Assembly (NCBI GenBank): GCA_946965045.2
Contig: OX337240.1
Span: 1 to 64,000, forward strand
DNA from: Epithemia pelagica
Lineage: Eukaryota; Protista; Bacillariophyta
Reading direction: 5' to 3'
Length of the DNA: 64,000 bases
Part shown: positions 30,936 through 43,247 of the stretch, piece by piece
How positions within the stretch are numbered: the first letter of the stretch is position 1
Layout of the letters: each line of letters opens with the position of its first letter
Program-made: the position numbers and the translations under genes
The notes under the pieces: model-generated
The model's input: the letters and a program-made list of their open reading frames with translations, nothing else
Databases searched by the model: none
What the model was told of the DNA's origin: nothing

Positions 30936-31462
30936 ATGAAAGAAATTGGATACAACGCCGCTGCCGTGGTCGGAGACATTTGGGACGCTGCTCGATTTGG
31001 CAATGAAACGTTTGAACAAGATTTTGGTGTCCTGGCCTGTGAAAAGTAAGTCGAACCGACTATGTGTGTATTTGTGTCAGTGACGTGTGTGTTTGTTTCT
31101 CATTGTCCAATCTTCTTGCTGTTGTCACCAGATTCTTGGAAGGACAACCCGAGGGACGCAAAGTCATGGAAAAGGCGGGTGGAATGCGCACTTCGGCCAA
31201 GAGCATGTTTGATTTTCTCGACACTCTTATTCAGATGCTGGGACCGGATTCCGACTTTTTGGAAGAAATTTTGAACCAAGCTGGTACGAGAATGAAACAC
31301 ATGGGTGTGACCGCCGCCTTTTTCAATCATGGCGCTCCTCTAGAGGCGATCCTCTATTCGCTCGAAAAGAACATGAAACGAGAACTCACCAAGGAAGAAC
31401 GAGGAGCCCTAGATGAAGTCTACAATGCGCTGAGCGGCGTGATTCGTGCAAGTCTCAAGTAG
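30936..31462 (+). CDS. Globin-fold protein 1 (exons 30936-31045, 31132-31462); lacks proximal His
   Basis: GT-AG intron at B12.2; clear homology to globin 2 (WDAARF, IQMLGPD, EVY); F8 position is Met. Confidence 0.85.
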
Positions 31463-32591
31463 ACGACTGATCAACCCCTTTTCATGGAGTATGTTGACTT
31501 CCATTGACCGACCATCTTACTGCTGCCATTTCCCTGTACTTTCTCTTCCCGCGTGACTTCCATAAAGGTTGGCATGGCGGGATCCTCTTTGCTACATTTT
31601 TTGATTCCTGTATTAGACCAAAAGTCAAACGACTACTCTTTCCTGATTCACAATGACTGCATAGAATGTGAAGTAGAGTCATGTTCTACAACGATGCACT
31701 CTTTCCTCCCATGTCTATTGTCTATCCTTCTGCTAGATACTCCTTCAATAGCGGCCCAACGTCCCGAATCTCGAAGTGGACATCGAATGAAAAAAAAAGG
31801 TTTGAATCTATTCTTCCAGCTGCCGCGCTCACCCACTCTACCGCCTGGGGTTAAGTCGACCGACTGCCCTGGCGCCATGACACTCGGAATCATGGAGCGG
31901 GGGGACAGCCCGCGAAGTGGACATCGAATGAATGGATACGAGTCACGAGTATCAGTCGCGTTTGACGTCTGACAGTCTCTGAGTCCCACATCCGACCAAA
32001 GTGTTCTCACTTTTCAAGACCAAAGCCCTTTTAATGGTGTAGCTACGGGGTAGGCCCTTCAGAAACAAGTGACTTTCGACCGAGATCACGAAGGCTCAGA
32101 ACCAGATCTGGGATCAGAATGGAGCAGTGAGAAATATCAAAATACGATAAGACATATTAATGGACATCGGCTTCAAACCTAGCTGTAGTGTTTAAATCCT
32201 TTCCAAATGACAGTGTGTCAAGCCAACAAAAAATGCCTCTGACACGGATGGGGATTTCATAGTCAAGCTAAGAAAGTTGTGGCGACATCTGAAGATGGAC
32301 ACGAGAAAGCACGAGACGCTGTTTCGGACAGCCAAGACACAAACTGCACTTCAAGCGTGCTCTACAAGCTTGTAGGTGGCTTACTACAGGAACTCTTTGG
32401 AAGCCCCTACCGATATCACGTGTCATCTTGTTTCAGGCCACGTCAGCCACAGCTATCGTGTTGGGAAAATGAGCGACGTCGAGGAGAAAGCAAGAGCTGC
32501 AACTCTCTCATAATTTCGAACCATCACCGGACTTCACACTACAGATCTCGTGTTCTTCTGTTTTTTTTTTCCAAAAAATCAATATCCAACC

Positions 32592-33237
32592 ATGCGTGAA
32601 ATTGGCTACACATCGATTGCCCTTGTCTTGGAGACTTGGGATGCAGCTCGGTTCCAAGTGAAGGAGTTTGAAAGTGAATTTGGTCACAAGGCCGTTCAAA
32701 AGTACGTGTGTTTTGTTGGTTTGTTGTTTGTTGTTGTCATTTTACTCAGATTCGTATTCTTGTTTTCCAAATCTCCTCTTCTATAGAATGTTTGACATGG
32801 AACCTCGCACCAAATCCGTCTTTGGCTTTGACAAGAGCGAAGCCGTCGGTCAAGCACATGTGGAGGTGCATGCCAAGGCTTTTCCTGGTTTGATGGACTC
32901 GGTCATTCAAATGTTGGGACCGGACATTGAATTTATTGAGGAAATCTTGACACAAGGTACGAATACAGTCAGCAACAGGCCGCAACAATTATTCCTTTTA
33001 AGTTTCATGCCTCTCACTCTTTTCCTTCTGTTTCACTTGACCTGTTCGTCCTACTCAGTTGGCAAGAGACACAAGGCCATGAATGTCAATCCAGCCTTTT
33101 TTCCGTTCATGGGCAAGGCCCTCATTGGTACAGTCGAGGAATACTTGCGCCGTAAATTGAACGATGCCGAACGAGCGGCCTGGGAAGAAGTGTACGATGA
33201 GATTAGCAAGGTCATTATCAAGACCATTATCAGCTAA
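32592..33237 (+). CDS. Canonical single-domain globin 2 (exons 32592-32701, 32787-32956, 33059-33237)
   Basis: CD1 Phe (TKSVF), E7 His (VEVHAK), F8 His (GKRH) and AWEEVY. GT-AG introns at B12.2 and in helix F. Confidence 0.92.
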
Positions 33238-33603
33238 ACGACGATTCAGTCGCATTACTTTTGATTGGCAATGGCACTCGTGAGACGGACTCTGCATTAT
33301 TCTCTCGTCCGCAATTGTCTTTTTATTCCCTTCCTCCATGGTCTTGAACAATCGTTCAACCATGCGAGGAATATCACCACCGTTACACAATTTTGGGTCA
33401 CCCTAAATTCATGCCTGCATACCTACATAAATACCTCATTTGTACTTTTGATCGAGTAACCAATTTTATTGAAAATCCGTATCTCCTTTGCTCAACTATA
33501 CCAACCTAGGGAGTCTTTCCAGCTCAACTACCAAGTTTTGCGTTGGATGATGCGAGACCGAAACTCGGCCCCAAAGTCGACCCTCCCTACGCATCCGACG
33601 AGC

Positions 33604-33797
33604 GAGTTAGGTCCTAGTATCGTTCATCTCACGTCTGTTGGACTACCTGTTATAGTGGTTCTATTTTTTCGTCAAGGTCTCCCATGTACTTTCTAAAAAA
33701 GAGTTAGGTCCTAGTATCGTTCATCTCACGTCTGTTGGACTACCTGTTATAGTGGTTCTATTTTTTCGTCAAGGTCTCCCATGTACTTTCTAAAAAA
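33604..33797. repeat. Perfect 97-bp tandem duplication
   Basis: Copies start at 33604 and 33701. Confidence 0.95.
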
Positions 33798-33937
33798 GAG
33801 AGAGAGAGAGAACAACCAGCACCACCACAGCTTGCAGTGGAATCTCGTTCGTCACACTCCGCTGTTGCGGCAGGACCGCCGCCTCTGCGTTTGGCATACG
33901 ATCCTGCGTTTCGGATGTTTGGTTGTATTCTAGTTTT

Positions 33938-34857
33938 TTAGTGCACGCCATCGGTATATTTGCCTTGAATTTGCGGCAAGGCACAAAATCGTTGCACGTA
34001 CTGCGCTAGTTTGGGAAATTGCTCGGCCAACGCATTCGGTGGAATATGGTCCATGGTACCCGTGGTCAAGAATCGCAAAAAGGGAACCACCATGCAATCC
34101 ACAATCGTCGGCATGTCTCCGTCACTGGCCAACCATTTTCCATCGTGCCGGTCCAACCAGTCTTGCAAATGGCCCATGTACTTGGGAAAGTCCGTCGTCA
34201 TCCATTGCGTCCGCATCGATTGAATCAAGGCTTGACCCTGTTCTGTTTTTTGGAAACCCGGCTCGTACCCGAACCGTTCCGGTCGCAAGGCCAGGTACAA
34301 GGCCGGATCCAAACTTTTGCGGGCATCGTCCAAGACGCCCAGCACTTGTTCCATGTCCCAAAAGCAGTCGGCGGGATACAAGATGTCGGGGGCAAATTGT
34401 CGAGCGACATAGCGCACCATGGCGGCACTTTGCGTATACACGTGTTCCTTGCCATTTTCCAGGGTCAGGGTCAAGAGGGGCAATTGCCCATATGGTGTGG
34501 TGGGTTTCAAGGCGGCCCAGTCGGCAAAGGCAATGCGCTCATCCTCATAGTCCACCTCGGCCAGCGCCAAGGCCAAGCGACTGTGTTGTGTGTATGTTGT
34601 GTTGTGAGTGTCGTCATGCGGTACAGCAGCGCAGCGAGAAGAGAAAAGACAAGATCAGAATCATGAGAAAGGCCGCCGCTCTTGTTTCTCTTCAGGGGGT
34701 CTCCAATCCAAACAAGGCACACAAACAAGAACAAGATGGAGGAACCGTAGTGCCGTATGGTCGTACGACTGCTGACTACTTACACGGGTTCCGCCGCTCC
34801 TTCAATGTCAAAGTAGGTGAGTTTGAGTTTGGCCAGAGTGTCGCTGTTGCTGCTCAT
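33938..34857 (-). CDS. Glutathione S-transferase, sigma-like (exons 34857-34784 and 34580-33938)
   Basis: KLTYFDIEGAAEPV|RLALALA, PYGQLP, TQSAAM and MPTIVDC motifs; GT-AG intron. Confidence 0.92.
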
Positions 34858-35934
34858 GGTGGTGGAAGACAGAGACGTTGTACTGGGGGTGGTTGTGGAC
34901 GAGGTACTACTGCTGGTGGTGGTCAGAAAGAGAGATTGAATCAATGCCACACAGCAAGGAACGAATAACAAGTGCATTGTTGTTTTGTCATACACAACAA
35001 CAAAGGTGATGAGAATCAATGAGTTCTTCGTGTGGTTCTCCAGATTCATCCAGAGAGCGAGCAAACGACAAAAGAAGTCTCTTCCCTCGTGCGTTTGCGA
35101 TCTTGGATGGATCTGGATGAGAACTTCGAGGAACTTCGACGACCTGCTATCCGGGACATCCTTTACTATCGAACGAAAAGTATAAGAAGTATTTGCACTA
35201 CAATGGAAAGTAATTTTGGGAGAACCGCATGCTAGGTTTTAGGCCCTCAATGGTCTTCGAAGATCGCTCGAACACAGAGCATCACCAAGTACGCATGAAA
35301 CTGTATGAATATGACAAGGTCCATGGATGCTCACGACCATGGCACAAAAGACACGAGATTGCAGACCCAGAACGATCTCCCCGCCCCCAGCGCTTGCTTG
35401 TCTGCTTTTTGAAATGAGGAGACAATCAACAAGGATAGAACACGAGCACGAGTTCTAGCACGAATTCTATTTGGGCGTGTGGAGAACACCATTGCATTCC
35501 GCCAGAAACGGCGGTGCAGGACAAAAACACTACAAGAAAACCCAAAACAGACCCTCACATCTGCAAAAAACGGCATCCAGGCAAGGCCTTGTTGTCAGGA
35601 TCATAATATATCAGCAGTGATGGTTGATGACATGCATAGCTGGAATGAATACTGCTACTCCTATCTACTGCTCCTATCTACCTACTGGGAGTAGGAGTAC
35701 ACTCCATACATCATGACATCAGAGATGAGGTAGTCGATTCGTATGCAGTGGCGTCAGTCCTTGGTCCAAATCGGACGCGTACGAGTCGCACATATGCATA
35801 GTGTACCCTGGCGGATTTTTGTCCCTCATCCCCCAAGGAGAATGCCACTATTCTTTCCCCCAAACTAGGTGATCGCTGATGGTCTATCTTTCCAAGCACC
35901 ATTGCAACCCAAGTCCGTTCTGGACAGTACCATC

Positions 35935-37933
35935 ATGTCGACATTCTTCTTCTTGTTCCTCATCCTCCCTACCACGCTGTGTCTTCGGTTCCTGCCTGTG
36001 GATCCGGCGGCAGCTGCTTCTTCTTCTTGGGGGCCGTCGACTACCAATCGAGCCACAGCGTTGCTACTGAGAGGCAACCGGAGGTCCCTACGTTCCACAA
36101 CGACAACAACAACAACCACGACCACGACGACACGACGTGAGGATTCCACTCCTACCGTTGACAATGATGCAACAGCAGCAGGGAACTCTGGCACTCGTCG
36201 TTTGGATCCACCACAACATCCAGAACCAGAACATTGGGACTCGATGGAACCAGTGCCCATTCATTGCCATCAGGAGGAGGAACAAGCTCCAGCTACCGAA
36301 ATTAACCAAGACACTTTTGGTTGCAGTCGTTGGACGTGTGAGGGCCAGACCTTTGGTACGGACCAGGACGGCACCCCCCTGCCAACGATTCAAGTGACGG
36401 GGCCGATCCAGTGTCGGGACATGACGAGTCCACACACGGCCTCGTCTTCTTCCTTGTTTGAGGGCGACTGTCAGTTTCTCATGGAACTGGACGAGACTGT
36501 GCGAGAACTGGATTGTCAAAATTACACGATTCATCTTCCCCGGCAACCAGAAGACGACGAAGGACGACAGGAGTATGGCAGCACTCTCCCAAAGTACTGT
36601 GGTATTTTGGTCCGAAGCAACAACCTTCAGATTCGAAATTGCGAGTTGGTACAGGGAAGCATTGGAATTCTCCATGCTCCTCCCAAACAACAACAACAAG
36701 ACGACACCAACGACGAAACAACCAGCAGTGGAGTGGAACGATTCGAGGTCCTCGACTCGTCCTTTTCCTACATGGAATATGGTGTCATTCTGGACTATGG
36801 TACCCCTCTGGTTGCAGAACAGCAGGTAGACCAGGTCGAGGGCATTATTTCTTCTTCTCCCTTTGGTGAGCTACGCGGTTCGATTCAATTTGATGCAGTC
36901 TCCATTTCCTACATGGAAAATTATGGTATTGTCGCAACGCTTGGTAACCAGCAACAAGCTGGCGGCAGTTTGGTTCACGACATGACCGTGACCAACACGC
37001 ACTTTGATGTGATTGGAACAAGCGCCATTCAGATCGACACGGACACGACAGTGTTGGAGCAATTGACCATGGAGGATATCCATTGCAACAACATTGATAC
37101 ACAAGGGTGCATTGTCGTAACAGGACCCATGCCGATTGGGACGCAACTCATGGACGTGACCTGTCACAAACAAGGAGGAGAAGAAGAAGAACAGCAGACA
37201 CTGGCGGAAAGGTATGTACCAACCAGCAACGATCCCACCTGCATCCATGTAAGCTGGGTGGAGGACATGGGTCGATCGAATTTGGGACTAGTGTCCACCG
37301 ATTGGTCCTACACGCTCGACATTCAAAATATCCAAGTTACGGTACCGGACCGTCCAGACGATGGTTTCGCGATTGCCGTTCATGTCCTGATTCCAGACGA
37401 GAATGATCATCGAGGGATCGCTCCGACAGTGGATGTGACGATTGCCAATGTTGCCATTTCGGTTCAAGGTGGTGCCAATGATGCCATGGACCCCTCGTCC
37501 TTGCAAACCGAATTTCATGGAATTGTCTTGAATGCCGAAGGTCACGTCCATGCCCAAGTTTATATGGAAGGGATTGGTATTGACAATAGTGCCTATTGTG
37601 ATGCAACCGGAAAACCACCCTCCGATTCGCAAAGCGGTATACGAGCCACCATTTCGGATGCGGACGGAGACATTATTCGAACCGAACCGTCCATGTTGGA
37701 TATGGATCTATCGACGTGGATTGTTTCCATTATGCCATTGTGAGTACTACTTTCGACATGTTGCAGGATACTTTGTCGGGTTCCCCTTCTGGCACTCACA
37801 GTTCCTCCATCTTTTGTGTACTACTACTTTCTCTTGTCCTTTTAGAACGTGGATGTGGGTGAGGGCACTCTAGGATACGTGGAAACATCCCAGCTCACAG
37901 CCACCAATGTCACAACCCTCCTTCAAACAAATC
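35935..37933 (+). CDS. Secreted parallel beta-helix-like protein; probable frameshift near the 3' end
   Basis: Signal peptide MSTFFFLFLILPTTLC and repeats such as LQIRNCE, FEVLDSSF and MTVTNTHF. A shifted frame near 37710 (IDVDCFHYAI) splices via GTGAGT...TTTAG to NVDVGEG...TNP*. Confidence 0.6.
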
Positions 37934-37959
37934 CATGACCTTGATTGACAACCACACGG

Positions 37960-38545
37960 AACCACACCGAGTATCGCACTAGAAAAGTGTACAGATTCCT
38001 ACCAAACTCATTCTTCACAAGGACGGACGAGGGAAACGGGGAACGGTTCGTCCAAGTCTCTCTTGTCTCGATTCATAAAAAACATATAGTGTATAGATTC
38101 AGATCCAATAGGTCTGTCATCCAGCACTAATCATATAGTTAGGTATGCCAATACTCTCCACGTCCGTGTGGTCGGGCAGGTCTCGAAACTATGAAGAATG
38201 CCTGTAGACTCTACCAAGAACCAAGCAAAATGGGTGACTCCCATGACCCATCCGGGTGCGTGGTTGGGATTGTGTACCGGCGGCGCATCCATGCCACTGT
38301 GTGTGTGTATGTGTGTGTGTTTGCGTGTGTGTGTGTGTCTCTGTGTGGTTTCTCAATGGTACGGGTGTCCCACGTGCGTCGTTTTGGTGCGTGTTCCCCT
38401 CTACGACGAATGTACCGTTCCGACGATGCGAGTGGTTTCGTTGTCCCCTTGTCTCCGCAGCAGTGTCCTTTTGTGTTGTTGTCTCGTCGTCGTCGTCGTA
38501 ACTCTCTCTACTAGATCGCCTTGGATTTCTCAATCGATAGACTAG
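37960..38545 (+). repeat. Diverged inverted repeat, left copy
   Basis: Shares ordered blocks (AGATTCCTACC, CACAAGGACGGAC, GTCCAAGTCTCTCT, TCGAAACTA, AAATGGGTGACTC, ATCCATGCCA, TCAATGGT) with the reverse complement of ~40700-41260. Confidence 0.8.
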
Positions 38546-38975
38546 CCCAATAGCTGCTACAGTAAGCAGTGGAATAGTTTGGCGATCTACAGGCGACTCA
38601 TCCTTCGAAATGGGAGGGGGCGAAACGAGCATGCCCTCTTTCCTGCTGGGGGTATATCTGTGTGTGATTGGTTGGGCGTGTGTGTCGCGAGGAGAAGGAA
38701 GGACTGACCATGACCATGGCACTACATCGAACCAAAAGGTGTCATAATTTCCTTGTTGGACAGAAGATGATGATGATGATGATCAAGACTCGTACTGTCT
38801 CAGATAACAGAATCGCATAGAGAAAGAGAGAGAGAGATTGAGATTGAGAGCGTGGTTGGGAGAGCCATTCTTGCATCCGACCAGCACAGTGGCGATCGAT
38901 TGATTCGAGTCGAAAAAGAAGAAAAAGAAGAAGAACCGAACAAGAGGGTCCGACGAGAACAAAAGAATACGACAA

Positions 38976-40301
38976 TGGAGCAATCCTGGACTCCCAGTAC
39001 CGGTCGACAAGGACGCTCTTGGTGGTTTTGGAAACTTTGGCTCGTCCTGGGTGTCATGGCCCTTTGGATGCTGGCCTCGTTTCTCCTCTGGCTCCATCCC
39101 ACTGTTGTGGCTCCTTCTTCTTCTCCTTCTTCTTCTTCTTCTTGGGCTCCTGCGGTTCGTTCCAACCACCGGCCGAACCGTCCAGAGGATCACCGCTCGT
39201 CCTCGGGAGCAGAGTCGGGGACTCCAAAACTTGGTAATGGTGGTGGTGCCTGGGTGGGCAATCATTGGATTCCACCCGCTCCGTACAAACTCTACAGTGT
39301 GTCACAATTGCAAACCATTTTTGCCGAACGTCGCATGTTGTGGATTGGCGATTCCACGGCCCGTCGAGCGGCCATGAATTTGTTTGCCATTCTCAATCAT
39401 ACACCACACACTACGGCAGACGATAGCAGCAGTATTTCCGTTGGGGAATTGGAACGCTCCATTGATGTCAATCGACGGTCCATCACGGAACGGTGCACCG
39501 ACCGAAGTTGGTCGGCCAGTCATGCCGAAATTACCGTTTGTCGACGGCCAGTTCTCCTCTCCACGAATCATACGACCACCAATAAGAATGCTACTACTGC
39601 CACCGACGTGACGTGGCTTCGAGCCAATTGTGTGCAAGACCTTTCCAAGTTTCTTCGTTCCGAACTCGAGGCACTCAACTCCTCCTCCCATAGTACGACA
39701 ACGACGACCACAATAACCGGTAGCAATCAGTCTTCTTCTTCTTCTTCTTCTTCTTCTTCTTCTTCTTCTTCTTCCAACACCACCACCACTCGCCAACGAC
39801 ATCATCACCGGGTTCCTCTTTTGCCCGAGTTTGATGTAGTGATAATTTCCTTGGGCATTTGGCATCAATTGCGTCCCGGAGATTGTCGGATTCCTGTGCC
39901 CGGTAAAAGCCTGGCACACGTGGTCGACCGTCTCATGACGGAACTGCACACCTTGGTGGCCTGGCAACCCCACTTGCGCATTGTGTGGCGCACCTCGGTT
40001 TTTAGTGAGCACGGACCACGCCAACCGGCCGTCCAAACCTTGAATCAAGGAGTATCGAGAAGCAACACCACCAACAACCGCCCACCACCACTACCAACAA
40101 CAAAGACAATACCACAACGTCGTCGCCCTCCTCTGCCATTTCCTATGTCGATTGGGGCAGTGTCGTGGCAGCTCGATCCTTTGGCTCGAATCGGATTCGG
40201 GGCGATGTCAAGGCCCATTATGGCATTGAGGCGCGTCTCGTTTTGATCCAACTCTTGGCCAATCATTTCGTAATGACGCAGTCTCGGCAATTCTCCTCCT
40301 G
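38976..40301 (+). pseudogene. Type II membrane SGNH/GDSL-like esterase or acetyltransferase, frameshifted at ~40050
   Basis: TM anchor plus WIGDSTARR, DVVIISLGIW and IVWRT. The catalytic GDVKAHY lies in a different frame (ISYVDW...GDVKAHYG...FSS*). Confidence 0.72.
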
Positions 40302-40626
40302 AGAAACAAGGATACTGAGCGAGAATGCAAGCTCGATCCTGTGGCTCGAATCGGATTCAAGGGGATGTCAAGGGCCCAGTATGGAATCGAGGCGCGTCTC
40401 GTCTTGATTCTTCAACTCTTGTCCACTCCTATCATGGTCCAGTCTCGGCAATCCTCCTCCTGAGAAACACCAAGAGACGGAGCAAATCCAAGCTCGAATC
40501 TTGGGCTCGAATCGGATTTGGGGCAATGTCAAGGGCCCAGTATGGAATCGAGGCGCGTCTCGTCTTGATTCTTCAACTCTTGGCAACTCCTATCATGACC
40601 CAGTCTCGGCAATCCTTTCATGAGAA
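40170..40626 (+). repeat. Tandem triplication (~160 bp) of the esterase gene 3' end
   Basis: GCTCGA..GGCTCGAATCGGATT..GATGTCAAGG..GAGGCGCGTCTCGT..CAGTCTCGGCAAT is repeated three times. Confidence 0.9.
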
Positions 40627-40699
40627 ATGACAAACAACAACAGCAAAAAGAGAGAGAGAGAAAGAGAGAGTATAGGGAGTTGGAGAGAGACGGACCCAG

Positions 40700-41260
40700 T
40701 CCGTGTCAAAGAGCTATAGATGATGCAAGGCGACTCTATACGAGAGACGACAAGACACGAAAGAAGAGGATGCTGCTGCTGTTGGAAGGAGAAAAGACAC
40801 TGGCATCTCGCCTGCGTTTGTGCCTCCCGGCCCCTACTCGTAGAGAGTGAAATGGTTCCACGGCGAAACGCAACAAGACGGACACGCACCATTGACAAAC
40901 CACATACAGGCAATGGCATGGATTCGACCCGCCGCCAAACAATCCCCTCATCCACTCGCCAGGATTGATAGGAGAGTCACCCATTTGTCTTGGTTTTCCT
41001 GGTGGGTGAGAGTCTGCAGGCATTAGTTTCGAAACTTGCACGACCACACTGGCGTTTTGGGTGGACATGATGGGCATGGCGTAACTCTCTTTAGTAGTAC
41101 TACTAGATGACAGTCCAATTGCAGCTGGTTCTACACACTCTCTAGCTTGATGAATCGAGACGAACGAGAAAGAGAGACTTGGACGGTCCATCCGTCCGAT
41201 TTCCTGGTCCGTCCTTGTGAATGAGTTTGGTGGTAGGAATCTAGAGACAGGTTTTGAGTC
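40700..41260 (-). repeat. Diverged inverted repeat, right copy
   Basis: Reverse-complement homology to ~37960-38545. Confidence 0.8.
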
Positions 41261-41538
41261 ACGGCGCTTCTTTTTGTAGTGGACAGAGTCGTCTCTCGAA
41301 TGGGAATGGGGAACGGTGCTGGGGGGATTCGATCCACGCACGGGAGGAAACAAAGTTCGGGGGACTCCAAACATGAGAACACAACATATGTCCGGTGGAT
41401 TGCCGACTTGCGCGCGCGCGTGAGCGAATGGGCCTCACCCCCAAAGAGAACACGCGCGCACAACGAACCAACAACCGACAAAACGCAGTTGGCGTTCGCT
41501 CTCAAATTCGAAAAAAACACACAGAACACAAACCGACC

Positions 41539-42408
41539 ATGACCACAACCATGAAACGAACAAGGTCATCGTCGTTTTCGTATGCAGGTATGATACGACT
41601 ACTACTAGTACTACTCGGGATGGCCCTGGCACTGGCGGCGGCAACAGAGGAGGAGGACCACCACGAACCCTTTTCCAGAAGGACCAGAACTGTCCCAACG
41701 ACCACATTAGCGACCCATCCGAATGCAGTATCTCCTCGTCCTCCTCGGTTTGCAACCAGTCCCATACCCCACCACCAGGGGGAGGATTCCCAAGAACCAC
41801 CATACACTGCCGAGACGACGACGAAGACTCGAGGGGACACGGTCCATGATCTACAGTCGTTTCGGTATGGTGCAGCCGTCGTGACCCTCCTTTCTCACCG
41901 TCGAATCCTACTACCACCCCTGGGGGATACAGATGCTTCCACACCCATCACAGTGGTACCACCCCCACCACTGGTTCCTCCCGGATTACCGGCACCACCC
42001 AATGGGTGCGATTACGTTTGTGACCAAGATGAGGACGAGGAGGATCCAGACAAGGACGACAACGAGAAAGACTCACCCAAAAAGAACAAGAACAACAAGA
42101 AGAAAACGAAGGATCAATCGTCCCACAGTGGTAAAAAGGAAAAGGGCCAGGGCAAAAAAGAAACCATGACAAAAACGTCCAAACAACGACGACATTCGGG
42201 CAAAAAAGAATCGCACCAGCACAAGAAGAAGAAGAAGAAGAAGAAGAAGAACCCGCAGGACCGAACACGACACCAACAACGACGACAACTCATCACCCAG
42301 AGTACTACTAGCAGAAGCAGTGGTAGCGGCATTCCCATTGGATCCGACACTCCCATTGACATTGAAACCTGTCGACTGGTTTGTGTCGATGGGGCTCCCT
42401 TGGACTAA
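41539..42408 (+). CDS. Secreted low-complexity Lys-rich protein with RxL motifs
   Basis: Signal/TM LLLVLLGMALALAAA, RRIL and RRQL motifs, an acidic tract followed by poly-Lys tracts, and two CxxVC motifs. Confidence 0.55.
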   Translation: MTTTMKRTRSSSFSYAGMIRLLLVLLGMALALAAATEEEDHHEPFSRRTRTVPTTTLATHPNAVSPRPPRFATSPIPHHQGEDSQEPPYTAETTTKTRGDTVHDLQSFRYGAAVVTLLSHRRILLPPLGDTDASTPITVVPPPPLVPPGLPAPPNGCDYVCDQDEDEEDPDKDDNEKDSPKKNKNNKKKTKDQSSHSGKKEKGQGKKETMTKTSKQRRHSGKKESHQHKKKKKKKKKNPQDRTRHQQRRQLITQSTTSRSSGSGIPIGSDTPIDIETCRLVCVDGAPLD

Positions 42409-42620
42409 ACTCTAGCTACCTACCTAGGTAGATATATAGGTGTGTTGCCGGTGTTTGGTCGCGTTTTTGAAAGCTGGTGAGTCGCTCATTCTATGCAGTC
42501 ATTTCTGGAATATCGTGTTCCCTTCGAGTCTTTTCGATCTTCGATGGATCTTTTTCTCGCGCCTCGTTTGCGCAAGAGAAACAAAAAGATACTCTCTCGA
42601 TTGCACAACAACAAAAAAAG

Positions 42621-43247
42621 ACCGGGGTCGACTTTGAAGATGAACGATTTGCCGATTACATGGAATTTTTGGCCTTTAAGCCCAAGACGGCCTATGGCCA
42701 AGTTCCCGCCTTGACCATTAATGACACGACCATTAAAACGCAAACGGGTCCCATGTTGCGTCACATTGCCGTGCATTGGGCCAAGCCGGATGCCCCGAAA
42801 CTCTATCCCCTGGACTATTTGTACGAAGTGGAAGAAGTCTTGGCCGTCGTGTACGACATGGAACGCGCGTTCTTGGCCTGTTTTGACTTGACCATGTACC
42901 CGGAAGATCGGTACGGCCATGCCGTGGGCATGTCCAAAACCGACGAGGGCAAACAAATTATTGAAACGCTGCGCAAAAAGTACATGGCCGAAGAATTCCC
43001 CAAGTATTGTCAATATTTGGAAACGTGGTTGGATGCCACGCCCGACCGAAAGTGGTTGGCCACACCGGGGGACACTCCCACGATTGCCGATTGTTTGGCC
43101 GTGCCCTTTTTGCGCAGTTTTACGACCGGCTACCTCGATCACATTGATCCTGCGTGTTTGGAGGCCCATCCCAAACTCATGGCCTACGTCAAGCGCTTTT
43201 GTGCCTTGCCGCAAATTCAAGGACGGTACACGACGGGTGTTTATTAA
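42621..43247 (+). CDS. Second GST paralog; first exon not found
   Basis: VDFEDERF, AYGQVP, TQTGPM and TPTIADC; similar to GST1 through to GxYTxGV*. No YFD-containing N-terminus is seen upstream. Confidence 0.75.
   Translation, partial: TGVDFEDERFADYMEFLAFKPKTAYGQVPALTINDTTIKTQTGPMLRHIAVHWAKPDAPKLYPLDYLYEVEEVLAVVYDMERAFLACFDLTMYPEDRYGHAVGMSKTDEGKQIIETLRKKYMAEEFPKYCQYLETWLDATPDRKWLATPGDTPTIADCLAVPFLRSFTTGYLDHIDPACLEAHPKLMAYVKRFCALPQIQGRYTTGVY

Noticed and set aside
31772-31930. 19-bp direct repeat CGAAGTGGACATCGAATGA between globins 1 and 2
   Set aside because: Only two copies and no element boundaries or TSD; no interpretation can be supported.
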